A DNA stretch of 42,204 nucleotides from Patescibacteria group bacterium (GTDB lineage Bacteria; Patescibacteriota; Dojkabacteria; J137). How positions within the stretch are numbered: the first letter of the stretch is position 1; each line of letters starts with the position of its first letter. The position numbers were made by a program, and so were the translations under genes. Where the stretch lies: NCBI GenBank assembly GCA_963169855.1, contig CAUJCN010000002.1, forward strand, positions 775,608 through 817,811. Reading direction: 5' to 3'. This document shows positions 7,596-19,196 of this stretch, piece by piece. The notes under the pieces were generated by a model, which was not told the origin of the DNA, searched no databases, and saw only the letters and a list, made by a program, of their open reading frames with translations.

Positions 7596-10211
7596 TTAAA
7601 CTATAGCTACAGCAGCAACCTTATCTCCATCCTTAACTCTGATTAAAATAACTCCAGTGGTTTGTCTATTTCTTAATGGTAAGTTGTTCGTAGGAATCTT
7701 AATTCCTTGACCCTTTGTACTTAAGATTAACAGTTCTCTTTGAGGGTGGTCTAGGATTCTGGCTACAACTAGTTTTCCAGTTTTGCTGTTCACCTTAGCT
7801 GCGAAAATACCAGAACCTCCTCTATTCTGCACTGTAAATTGTTTTAGCTCGGTCATCTTACCGAAACCATTTTCCGATACAGTAAGCATAAATACTTCTT
7901 CGTTTCTAACAATATCCATAGAGATTACTTCATCATCTTCTTTTAGCCTAATTCCCCTTACTCCTTGGGATGATCGGCCTGTTTCTCTAACATCTTCTTC
8001 TTTGAAGTGAATAGATTTTGCTTCTTTAGAAACTAGAATTACAGTATCTTCCCCAGTTGTTGGTTTTACCCAAATTAATTCATCGTTATCTGTTAATGAG
8101 ATAGCTATCAATCCGTTAGATCTGATATTTTCGTATTCAGTAAGAGCTGTCTTTTTAATAGTTCCTTTCTTTGTAGCCATTAAAAGGAATTTATAGTCTT
8201 TTCCAAAGTTTTCTTTCTTAGCTTCACCTTCTTGAATTTCTTCTTCATCTAGAATATGACCTCCAGCGCTTCTTGTTAGAACGCTTGTTACGAGTTCGTT
8301 ATTAGAGATGTTGATTAAATTAACAACAGGTAATCCCTTAGCTGTACGCTGATATTCTGGAACTTCGTGTACTTTTAACGCATAAACTTTCCCCAAATTT
8401 GTGAAGAACAAGATTTCGTCATGAGTCTTGCAGTTGAATACGTGTCTGATGGAATCATCTTCCTTAGTAGTAACGGCAATCTTTCCTGTTCCACCTCTAT
8501 GTTGAACTGTATATGAGTCACCTTTGATTCTTTTTATGTATCCTTGAGTGCTGATCATTACGAATGCATCTTCGTTAGGAACTAAGTCCTCTTCGCTGAA
8601 TTCATCTACGTCTCCTTTGAATACTTTTGTTCTTCTTTCATCACCGAATTTATCGCTAATTTCACCAAGTCCTGTCTTAATAATTGTTAAGATAGCTTCA
8701 GGGGAACCTAAGATTTCGATAATTTCTTTTACTTTCTTCTTAATTTCTTTATATTCATTTTCGATCTTTTCTCTTTCAAGAGCAGCAAGTTTTCTTAACT
8801 GCATATCTAGGATAGCCTGAGCTTGAATTTCTGAAAGCTTAAACTTCTTCATTAAAGCTTCTTTAGCAACTTCTGCATCTGCAGATTTTCTAATTGTTGC
8901 AATAACTTCGTCTAGATTGTCTAATGCAATCATTAAGCCTTCTAAAATATGTTCTCTTTCTTTTGCTTTTCCTAATTCGTGTTCATGCTTTCTTATTACG
9001 ATTTCTTGTCTGTGAGTAATGAATAATTCAAGATATTCTCTTAAAGCAATCAACTTGGGTTCTCCATTAACCAATGCAAGCATATTTGCGTTGAATGATT
9101 TTTGAAGTTCAGTGTATTTATAAAGCTGATTTTCTACAGTCTTAGGTTTTGCTTCTTTCTTGAGTTCGACAACGATTCTAATTCCTTCTCGGTTAGATTC
9201 GTCTCTTAAGTCAGAGATTCCTTCAATTTTTTTATCTTTATAAAGTTGAGCAATCTTAGTTAATAACATTGATTTGTTCACTTGATATGGAAGTTCAGTA
9301 ATGATAATTCTGAACTTTCCTCCTTTCATTTCTTCGATCTCTGAAACGGCTCTCATTACAATTCCGCCTCTACCAGTTTCGTAAACAGCTTGGATATTCT
9401 TTTGGTTGAACATGTGTGCACCGGTAGGAAAATCTGGTCCTTTAATATCCTTCATTAATTCGCTAATAGCTATATCAGAAGAGAACTTATGGAATCTTGC
9501 TTTAGGTAACTTTTCGATATCAGCAACATTAAGGATGTCTTTTGAATAATCAATTTTTAGCTTTTTTATTTCATCGAAACTCCATAGGTTTCCATTGTCG
9601 ATAGTTCGGATAGTAGCATTAATTACCTCTTTCAAGTTGTGTGGAGGGATCTTAGTAGCCATACCAACAGCAATACCCTCTCCTCCATTTATCAGCAGAT
9701 TAGGAATAGCTGTAGGAAGAATAACAGGTTCTGTTTCGTTTCCATCGTAGTTTGGAACGTAATTAACTGTGTTCTCTACTCCCTCAAGCATTTTTGCTCC
9801 AAGTTTGGAAAGTCTAGCTTCGATGTATCTGGCAGCAGCTGCAGGGTCTCCGTCTATAGATCCGTAGTTTCCTTGTCCTTCAACAAGAACGTATCTCATA
9901 TTGAATTCCTGAGCCATTCTTACTAACGCATCGTTGATAGATGCATCTCCGTGAGGGTGGTATTTACCCATGGTATCTCCAGAAATTCTAGCTACTTTTT
10001 TGTATGCAGAACCTGGCATAACACCCATCTTATACATTGAGTAAAGGATTCTTCTGTGTACAGGTTTTAGACCATCCCTAACATCAGGTAACGCTCTAGC
10101 CACAATAACGCTCATGGCGTAACTGATGTAGCTTTGTTTAAGCTCTGTTACGATATCCTGATCGATAATATTTGGATTTGATTCTTTGATTTCTATTTCT
10201 TCGTTTTCCAT
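7596..10211 (-). CDS. gyrA: DNA gyrase subunit A
   Basis: RALPDVRDGLKPVHRR, HPHGD and AAARYIEARL catalytic Tyr; GyrA-box QHRGGTG; pinwheel C-terminal domain. Confidence 0.98.
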   Translation of the reverse strand: MENEEIEIKESNPNIIDQDIVTELKQSYISYAMSVIVARALPDVRDGLKPVHRRILYSMYKMGVMPGSAYKKVARISGDTMGKYHPHGDASINDALVRMAQEFNMRYVLVEGQGNYGSIDGDPAAAARYIEARLSKLGAKMLEGVENTVNYVPNYDGNETEPVILPTAIPNLLINGGEGIAVGMATKIPPHNLKEVINATIRTIDNGNLWSFDEIKKLKIDYSKDILNVADIEKLPKARFHKFSSDIAISELMKDIKGPDFPTGAHMFNQKNIQAVYETGRGGIVMRAVSEIEEMKGGKFRIIITELPYQVNKSMLLTKIAQLYKDKKIEGISDLRDESNREGIRIVVELKKEAKPKTVENQLYKYTELQKSFNANMLALVNGEPKLIALREYLELFITHRQEIVIRKHEHELGKAKEREHILEGLMIALDNLDEVIATIRKSADAEVAKEALMKKFKLSEIQAQAILDMQLRKLAALEREKIENEYKEIKKKVKEIIEILGSPEAILTIIKTGLGEISDKFGDERRTKVFKGDVDEFSEEDLVPNEDAFVMISTQGYIKRIKGDSYTVQHRGGTGKIAVTTKEDDSIRHVFNCKTHDEILFFTNLGKVYALKVHEVPEYQRTAKGLPVVNLINISNNELVTSVLTRSAGGHILDEEEIQEGEAKKENFGKDYKFLLMATKKGTIKKTALTEYENIRSNGLIAISLTDNDELIWVKPTTGEDTVILVSKEAKSIHFKEEDVRETGRSSQGVRGIRLKEDDEVISMDIVRNEEVFMLTVSENGFGKMTELKQFTVQNRGGSGIFAAKVNSKTGKLVVARILDHPQRELLILSTKGQGIKIPTNNLPLRNRQTTGVILIRVKDGDKVAAVAIV

Positions 10212-10222
10212 AGTTAATATTC

Positions 10223-12172
<1,950 letters not shown>

Positions 12173-12234
12173 CAAATTAATTTACCGAAATGTAAAGTTT
12201 TGCAATGAATTCTATAGAAAGAATTTCTCCTAAC

Positions 12235-12822
12235 TCAGTTCTCATTAAAAATCTCTCTCAATTTAGATTCATCCATTATTACTTCGGCGACTTCCTGTGC
12301 AGCTTCCTCTGCATCTTCTTCTGCATTAATAGTTAAGATAGGCCGATCTGCTCTATTTGTTCTAAGGAGTACAGGCAAAGTTTTTCCAACAAATGCTCGG
12401 AATACGTTTACTGGCTTTATTCCGTAAATCTTTACAATGTTTAAGAGGAAAATCTGCAAATCATAATCGCTGATATTGGCAATAAGTCTTGCTAGGTTTG
12501 ATATTTGAAGTGCAAATTCTTTACTGTTGAGTATATTTTCCGCAACATTAAGATGTGAAAGTTCGCTTTTGAATTGCTCGAACAATGCGGTTTCTATATC
12601 GGCTTCAAGTTGCTCTGGGGGGAATATTTGAGACAGGATTGGTCTTGCTTCTAGATAGCTACTTCTAACTGGTCTGATAATTTCGAAAAATCTTAAAGCA
12701 AAGTTCTGCTCTGATTCTTCTGGAAGTCTTAGTACTTCCTCGAAAAAGTTTATAAATCTTTCCGCAGTATTTGTTTCTTCGAAATGTGGCATTCGAATTT
12801 GAAATTTCCCAGCATCTGTCAT
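12235..12822 (-). CDS. Hypothetical protein (195 aa)
   Basis: ATG-started ORF with protein-like composition; no recognised motif. Confidence 0.7.
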   Translation of the reverse strand: MTDAGKFQIRMPHFEETNTAERFINFFEEVLRLPEESEQNFALRFFEIIRPVRSSYLEARPILSQIFPPEQLEADIETALFEQFKSELSHLNVAENILNSKEFALQISNLARLIANISDYDLQIFLLNIVKIYGIKPVNVFRAFVGKTLPVLLRTNRADRPILTINAEEDAEEAAQEVAEVIMDESKLREIFNEN

Positions 12823-12900
12823 AGGTTTGTTTTGTTACTGCCCGATGGTAACATAGAGGAAATAGGCTGAGAAGATTCCGCCAATTTTCGCTAACATTTA

Positions 12901-14040
12901 CTAACTGTTGCTCTGTAAATAATACTCTGTTGGTGATTTCCACTGGACAGAAGATTCATTTAAATACTTTTGATGAAAGAATATTACTATCAATGTAGAT
13001 AAAATTAGTATGAAGGCGATAAACGCTTTTAATCTAATAGAGATTTTATTATTCAAAACGTATAAATAAGATATCAATAAGAAAGGAATTATAGGTATCA
13101 AAACCCTGCCGGCTACTATAAAATCTATTATTCTACCCTCAAAAAAATTGTAAGGATATAGAGAATACAGTATTAATATTAGAACACTTGGGGCAATCAT
13201 TAGTAGCTTATTCTTATACTTAGAAATAAATAAGGCAATAAACATTAGTGGGTAGATGGCTGTCAGGAGAATTAAGTATTTAGGCATATTTATACCTAAG
13301 TTACCAAGACTAAAGACTTCCTCTCCACTTAAAGAGTATCCACTAGCAAAAAAAGATCCATATAAAAGTTTGTTTAAAATCATAATTAAGATTCCAAAAG
13401 GAAGCGCACCAAGAGCGATACTGAATGCTTTTTTGAACTTGTGTTCCTTTAATGTATAGAGAAGTAGGAAGGATGCAAATATGATTAGATTTGTATATCT
13501 TACTAAGGTCGCAATTCCAATAACCCCTCCAGTAATGTAGTTTTTTACTCTTAGATTGTTCTTATTTTCTAGGAACGTATATAGGAATATGTTTATGAAT
13601 AGTATAGAGAATATTTCAGAAAAAACAGTTCTAGAGAAGTAGATAAATGGTGGATAAAAGATGTAAAAAACAATAAAAAATTTCTCTACTTTAAGCTCTA
13701 GTAGTATCTTGTAGAAGAAAAAGGCACTTAATATAAACGCAGTGAATACAATAACAAAAACGTAATTCTCTCCTACAAATACTACAGGGAAAATGATAAG
13801 AGAAGCACCTAAATTGTATTTAGAAACACAGGTATGATTAGGAGCGAAATGTAATCCAGGGTAGTTATTAATATCATGACAATCGCTCTGAACTTCGTTG
13901 GTCAAAAGTCTGTAGGAATTTGCCAGGTACTGATTCTCATCTATAGAAATATATTTAGATGGATAGAATATTAGGAATAAGATGCTTAAAAAGATAATTG
14001 AAAGGATAAAGATCCGATGCCTTCTGAATAAGTTCGCCAT
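12901..14040 (-). CDS. Polytopic membrane glycosyltransferase, GT-C-like (ArnT/PMT type)
   Basis: About 10 hydrophobic segments; DENQY acidic motif in the first outside loop; SEIFS and ATLVRYTN motifs typical of GT-C enzymes. Confidence 0.7.
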   Translation of the reverse strand: MANLFRRHRIFILSIIFLSILFLIFYPSKYISIDENQYLANSYRLLTNEVQSDCHDINNYPGLHFAPNHTCVSKYNLGASLIIFPVVFVGENYVFVIVFTAFILSAFFFYKILLELKVEKFFIVFYIFYPPFIYFSRTVFSEIFSILFINIFLYTFLENKNNLRVKNYITGGVIGIATLVRYTNLIIFASFLLLYTLKEHKFKKAFSIALGALPFGILIMILNKLLYGSFFASGYSLSGEEVFSLGNLGINMPKYLILLTAIYPLMFIALFISKYKNKLLMIAPSVLILILYSLYPYNFFEGRIIDFIVAGRVLIPIIPFLLISYLYVLNNKISIRLKAFIAFILILSTLIVIFFHQKYLNESSVQWKSPTEYYLQSNS

Positions 14041-14110
14041 TAAGTTATATGTGAGATTAGGAACAATAATAACTTAGTTATCCTAGAAGAATCAATGGAA
14101 TTATTAATTC

Positions 14111-14914
14111 TTAGGCTTCTGCAAAAGCGTTTATATGTAGAAGTCCTTCATTTTGAAGGAATTGTAGAACTAAAACTAATTTCACCCAACCTATGTTAGG
14201 TCTGTTAATTAATTTTAGAACGTTTAACTTCTTCTGATCAGACAACTGTATTAGTTCGTCCACAGAAGAGTTGAAAGCTCGGATAGCTTTTTTTAAGTCA
14301 TTTTTAAAGCCTTCAGTTCTCAAAGTTGTGGAGCTGAGGTAGAGATCCAATAAAGTTTTGCCGCGATTAGCATAAGCTAAGTCTTTGTTAAGCTCTAGGC
14401 ATAAAGACATTAGTTCTCTTTGTGATAATTCGGTTATATCTATCTTTGGAGTAACAGTTTCTTGAGTTTCGATTTCGTCAAAAGGCAGAGGTTCAGATTC
14501 TACTTCCTCTGATGGTTTGAAACGTACTCTTTTTATTTTTCTGTAAAGAGATGCAAGTGTTCCGATTTGTCTAAGCACATCTTCCTGGTCATTGCTTAAG
14601 ATAAAGTTAACTACTCTACTTACAGCCATGTTTGCAAGATCGGGAGTTAGATTTTTTACTCCACAATTTCGTAGGAGTGCATAAATTTTATTCGCAACAT
14701 ATCTAAAATTTCCAGTATTCGAGTTTGAAATTGTAATTAATCCTTCTAGTATCTCAGAAGTCATCTGCTTAGTTCTTTTAGGTATGATTTCTAGCAAGAA
14801 GTATATTGATTCTGGGTTTGTTGGGTTTCTTTTCTCAACAATAGATATGTCTGGCGTCATTTCACCAGTTGATTGATCGAATTCTTCTGTCCTGTAATTT
14901 AATGGCATTACCAT
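14111..14914 (-). CDS. Hypothetical protein (267 aa)
   Basis: Long ORF with a TGG-TATAAT box 6 nt upstream of the ATG. Confidence 0.75.
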   Translation of the reverse strand: MVMPLNYRTEEFDQSTGEMTPDISIVEKRNPTNPESIYFLLEIIPKRTKQMTSEILEGLITISNSNTGNFRYVANKIYALLRNCGVKNLTPDLANMAVSRVVNFILSNDQEDVLRQIGTLASLYRKIKRVRFKPSEEVESEPLPFDEIETQETVTPKIDITELSQRELMSLCLELNKDLAYANRGKTLLDLYLSSTTLRTEGFKNDLKKAIRAFNSSVDELIQLSDQKKLNVLKLINRPNIGWVKLVLVLQFLQNEGLLHINAFAEA

Positions 14915-14920
14915 AGCTAA

Positions 14921-14929
14921 ATTATACCA
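14921..14929 (-). promoter_or_regulatory. Extended -10 leaderless promoter
   Basis: TGG-TATAAT-N6-ATG(14914). Confidence 0.65.
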
Positions 14930-14937
14930 TTAGAACG

Positions 14938-14970
14938 CTAAAGAAACCATCTACCAATGGTAGACGGGTT
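14938..14970 (-). terminator. Probable intrinsic terminator
   Basis: AACCCGTCTACC-ATT-GGTAGATGGTT followed by TCTTT, downstream of the 14993 gene. Confidence 0.6.
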
Positions 14971-14992
14971 CTTCAATTCATTTAGAAATGCA

Positions 14993-15586
14993 TTAGTCTT
15001 CCTTTCTTTTCTTTTTGTTATTTTCCATCACTTCCTCTATCCTGTGCTTAATTCCCATTTCCAGTTCCCCTATAACAGGAATGCTATAAACAACTATAGC
15101 TGTAATCAAAGTAGCCATAATGCTCACTAAAACGCCTTTGTTAGCTTCATTTATAGATTCAGCTGGAATATATGCAACGTTTCTGCCATTCTGCTCTACA
15201 ACGTAGTAGTTATCTGCTCCATTTCTTCCCTCGGTATAAAACTGAACGTTCTGTTCAATAAAGGCAAATGAAGTACAAACGAAGATCACAACTAGAACAA
15301 CAAGAGTTTCGATTACTAAAACAAATTCGTTATCCTCCATTTCTTCTCTCTTGCTTCTCCATTTAGCTAATCTATCTACATTTGTCTTTAGAGTCAAAAT
15401 GATAGATCTGTAGATTAGAATGAATAAGATTGCATACATAGTCATTCTGAAGATGATTTTTACAACTTCGTCTGTAACTGCGTCGTTTCCTGCATGTAAG
15501 TTAGGTACTGTAGCAAGCCAGTAAACAAGGAAACTGAAAAGGATTGTGCTTCCCCAAGTGTATAAAATGAAAGCTAATTTTCTCAT
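14993..15586 (-). CDS. Hypothetical membrane protein (about 4 TM)
   Basis: Four hydrophobic segments and a charged C-terminal tail. Confidence 0.75.
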   Translation of the reverse strand: MRKLAFILYTWGSTILFSFLVYWLATVPNLHAGNDAVTDEVVKIIFRMTMYAILFILIYRSIILTLKTNVDRLAKWRSKREEMEDNEFVLVIETLVVLVVIFVCTSFAFIEQNVQFYTEGRNGADNYYVVEQNGRNVAYIPAESINEANKGVLVSIMATLITAIVVYSIPVIGELEMGIKHRIEEVMENNKKKRKED

Positions 15587-15595
15587 TTGTTTTTG

Positions 15596-16237
15596 TTAAG
15601 AAATATCTCTAAGTATAATGTTGATTTTATTCAATCCAGCTTTGATATTGGAGGATCTCTTCACTCCTTTCAAAACTTTAATGATCTCTTCCATTTTAGC
15701 TAGTTCAACTTTTTTGTTGACCGATTCTCTAAGCAAATTCTCTAAAAACACTATAGAATCAGGCCTTGAGTTAGCTAAATTGTCTATTAATTCTATTCTA
15801 TCAGCAAAATCTAGAGAATAAAAGGAGGTATATTCTTTTTTTGCTGATCTTTCATCAGTGGAAATCAGTAAAACTCTGGAAAGAATCGTAGCTAGTAATG
15901 ACTCTGGGTTGCTTGTTAACATTACAATAACTAAATTATCGTAAGGCTCTTCCAGGGTTTTGAGCATAAAATTTTGAGCATCGATAGTCATTTTCTCAGC
16001 AGCTTTGATCAGCAAAAGCTTTGCTCCTGTTGTTTTCAGAGATATTTCTCCCATGATCTCTCTAATATCTTCGATTCCGATAGAGTTCTCTACTCCTGTT
16101 TCCGAAATTGGACTTATGAGGATTTCTTTCTCTATTTCTGTTATCTTGTAATTTAGCTTATTTTGAAGGCTAGATACTATAGAGTCTCGTGAAATATCGA
16201 ATGATTCGGTGTGTAATACTACTGCTTGAAAATACAT
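15596..16237 (-). CDS. holB: DNA polymerase III delta-prime-like protein (short form)
   Basis: IGIEDIR, AEKMTIDAQNFMLKTLEEP and LLATILSR sensor motifs. Start placed at ATG 16237; the track gives 16276. Confidence 0.75.
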   Translation of the reverse strand: MYFQAVVLHTESFDISRDSIVSSLQNKLNYKITEIEKEILISPISETGVENSIGIEDIREIMGEISLKTTGAKLLLIKAAEKMTIDAQNFMLKTLEEPYDNLVIVMLTSNPESLLATILSRVLLISTDERSAKKEYTSFYSLDFADRIELIDNLANSRPDSIVFLENLLRESVNKKVELAKMEEIIKVLKGVKRSSNIKAGLNKINIILRDIS

Positions 16238-16282
16238 AAATATAGCTAAATGTACTATAATATCTAAAGTAATCAAATTTTA

Positions 16283-18061
16283 ATGGATCAGGCGCTGAAT
16301 AACAAAAGCATAAGAGGTTTAAGCTCTCTTCTTGACGCCCTTTTGGTAAAGAATCTGATCACTCAAGAAGATTATAACCTTATAAAGCTGGAATCTGTAA
16401 ATAAATCTGTTCCTGCTGATCAGATAGTAAAAGAAAAAGCTATTGTAACTTCGGATGATATTGCGAAGCTCTATTCAGAGATGAAAGGCATCGGGTTTAT
16501 CGATTTATCTTCTATCGGAATTAACATTGAAACTCTTCATAAACTAGAAAAAGATGCTGCAAAAAATTCGATGGCTATTGTTTTCGAAGAACTGCCAAAC
16601 AAATTCAAAGTAGCAATGAGAGACCCTTTGGATCTTCAGAGAATAAAATATTTAGAAGCAATTCTGGGTAAAAAATTAGAAGTTTACTATGCTTCAGAAG
16701 ACGATATAAATACAATTATCGAATCTAAATACGGAGCACAGATTACTAAAGATGTAGACGAGGCTCTAGAACAAGTAGGAGGAGATAAATTACTTGATAT
16801 TAATGCGGTACAAGAAAACGAGATTACAAGTGATCCTCAGAATGCTCCGATAATTAGAATAGTAAATATGATTCTAGATTATGGAATAAAAAACAAAGCT
16901 TCGGACATCCACATTGAATCTCGAGAAAAAAAAGTAAACGTTAGATTCAGAATAAGAGGAATTTTGAGTGAAAAACTTACCATTCCAAAGAAACTTTTAC
17001 CTGCAGTTGTGTCTAGAATTAAGATTCTTTCTAATTTAAAAATTGATGAACACAGAGTTCCCCAAGACGGTAGATTTCAAGTTAAATTAGGTGAGGTAAT
17101 TGTTGATATCAGAGTTTCGATAATGCCAAATATCTACGGAGAAAAAATCGTAATGAGACTTCTTTCTAAAACTGAAAGTGTTTTGAAAATCGAAGAACTA
17201 GGCATGAGGGGAATAAACTACTCTAGAATGACAGAAGCATTGAAAAAAACTCAAGGAATTATAATCGTTAGTGGTCCTACAGGAAGTGGTAAAACTCAGA
17301 CATTAGCTAGTTCTTTAAAAATTCTGAATACTCCAGAAGTTAATATTATGACTCTGGAAGATCCGGTAGAAATTAGAATAGATGGAATTACTCAAGTTCA
17401 AGTTAATCCAGAAGTTGGATTAACTTTCGCGTCCGGATTAAGATCTTTTCTTAGACAAGATCCAGATGTAATCATGGTTGGAGAAGTTAGAGACTCCGAA
17501 ACTGCTGCTCTGGCTGTGCAATCAGCATTGGTGGGACGTTTGGTTTTGACAACATTGCACACAAATAGTGCATCAGGATCCTTCATCAGATTACTAGATA
17601 TGGGAATAGAGCCATTCTTACTCTCTTCTACAATCGATTTAATTCTTGCCCAAAGACTTGTTAGAGTTTTATGCGACAATTGTAAAGAAGCTCATGAAGC
17701 TGCCCCTGAGCAAATGAAAGAACTTCACGAAGAGTTAGATATTCTAAATTCATTTGATATTTTCAATCCCGACCATACTGTAAAAGCACATTTTGATAGA
17801 AGTACAGAAAAAGTTACTCTATATAAACCAAAGGGTTGTCCAAAGTGTAATGATACTGGATATATTAGTAGAACAGGAATTTTCGAAGCGTTAAAAATGA
17901 GCGAGACAATCGCAAGAGCTGTGATTCAGAAACAGACAATCAAAGAAATCCAAGATCTTGCAATTTCAGAGGGAATGATTACAATGGTTCAAGACGGGTA
18001 CATAAAAGCTTTAGAAGGAATTACAACTTTAGAAGAAGTTATTAGAGTAAAGAATGAATAG
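16283..18061 (+). CDS. pilB: Type IV pilus assembly ATPase (PilB/GspE family)
   Basis: ASDIHIE, PQDGR, Walker A GPTGSGKT, LRQDPDVIMVGEVRD, CxxC...CxxC zinc motif. Confidence 0.95.
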   Translation: MDQALNNKSIRGLSSLLDALLVKNLITQEDYNLIKLESVNKSVPADQIVKEKAIVTSDDIAKLYSEMKGIGFIDLSSIGINIETLHKLEKDAAKNSMAIVFEELPNKFKVAMRDPLDLQRIKYLEAILGKKLEVYYASEDDINTIIESKYGAQITKDVDEALEQVGGDKLLDINAVQENEITSDPQNAPIIRIVNMILDYGIKNKASDIHIESREKKVNVRFRIRGILSEKLTIPKKLLPAVVSRIKILSNLKIDEHRVPQDGRFQVKLGEVIVDIRVSIMPNIYGEKIVMRLLSKTESVLKIEELGMRGINYSRMTEALKKTQGIIIVSGPTGSGKTQTLASSLKILNTPEVNIMTLEDPVEIRIDGITQVQVNPEVGLTFASGLRSFLRQDPDVIMVGEVRDSETAALAVQSALVGRLVLTTLHTNSASGSFIRLLDMGIEPFLLSSTIDLILAQRLVRVLCDNCKEAHEAAPEQMKELHEELDILNSFDIFNPDHTVKAHFDRSTEKVTLYKPKGCPKCNDTGYISRTGIFEALKMSETIARAVIQKQTIKEIQDLAISEGMITMVQDGYIKALEGITTLEEVIRVKNE

Positions 18062-19196
18062 TCAAAATCAGCAAACAAACGAAGAAATAAAAGTATACTC
18101 TGCTCCACAGTCTAATTCGCAGGTAGAACCAGAACAAAAGACTTTAACACTTGAAGACATGCTACTTCTTGGAATTCAAACTCAGGCTTCTGATGTTCAT
18201 ATCACTTCGAACTATAAGCCAACTTTAAGAATAAACGGAAATCTTCAAGCTTTAAAATACAGAGATCTTTATCCTGATGAAGTTTTTAATTTCGCAAAAC
18301 AAATTCTTGCGAGTAAAAAAGATATAAATTTTGATGACTTCTATCAAGCTGATACAACATACGTTGTAAATGGCAGAAGGTTTAGAATTAATGTCTTCAA
18401 ACAATCTGGAACTTATTCAATTGCAGCTAGAGTTATTTCTGAAAGTATTCCTCAATTAGAAGTTTTAGGATTACCTCCAATTGTAAAAGATTTTGCCAAA
18501 TTCCCAAATGGTTTAGTTTTGCTAACAGGTCCAACAGGAAGCGGAAAATCCACAACTATCGCTTCTCTAATCAATCTAGTTAATATTACAGAATCTAAAC
18601 ACGTTATCACTTTAGAAGATCCGATTGAATATATTTTCCCAAAAGGACAATCTTTAATTGAACAAAGAGAATATCAAAGTGACTTTGATACTTGGCCAAA
18701 CGGGTTGAAAGCAATCTTAAGACAAGATCCAAATATTGTTCTATTAGGAGAAATGAGAGATTCCGATACTATCGAATCAGCTATTAGAATTGCAGAAACA
18801 GGACACCTAGTATTCGCTACTCTACACACTAATAGTGCTGCTCAGAGTATAGACAGAATTGTGGATATTTTCCCTGGGGAAAAACAAGATCAAATTAAAG
18901 TACAATTAGCTTCTGTTTTACAAGCAATCGTTTCTCAGAAATTAGTAAGAACAATACAAGGAAGTCGAAAATTAGCAACAGAAATACTTATTGCTAACTC
19001 TGCAGTAAGAAATACAGTTAGAGAAAGTAAAGGATATCAGTTAGATAACATTATTCAAACAAGCAACGATTTAGGAATGCAAAGTTTAGAAAAATCTTTG
19101 GTAAACTTAGTAAAGCAAGGTCATATTACAATCGATACTGCAAAAAGCAACGCTAATAGACCAGCAGATATTGATTCGTTATTAAATAGAGTCTAA
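18054..19196 (+). CDS. pilT: Type IV pilus retraction ATPase
   Basis: ASDVHI, GPTGSGKSTT, TLEDPIE, AETGHLVFATLHTNSA, AVRNTVRE (AIRNLIRE-like). Confidence 0.93.
   Translation: MNSQNQQTNEEIKVYSAPQSNSQVEPEQKTLTLEDMLLLGIQTQASDVHITSNYKPTLRINGNLQALKYRDLYPDEVFNFAKQILASKKDINFDDFYQADTTYVVNGRRFRINVFKQSGTYSIAARVISESIPQLEVLGLPPIVKDFAKFPNGLVLLTGPTGSGKSTTIASLINLVNITESKHVITLEDPIEYIFPKGQSLIEQREYQSDFDTWPNGLKAILRQDPNIVLLGEMRDSDTIESAIRIAETGHLVFATLHTNSAAQSIDRIVDIFPGEKQDQIKVQLASVLQAIVSQKLVRTIQGSRKLATEILIANSAVRNTVRESKGYQLDNIIQTSNDLGMQSLEKSLVNLVKQGHITIDTAKSNANRPADIDSLLNRV

Noticed and set aside
12665-13459. ORFs 12665-12943 (-) and 13256-13459 (+)
   Set aside because: They overlap better-supported genes, use non-ATG starts and show no motifs.
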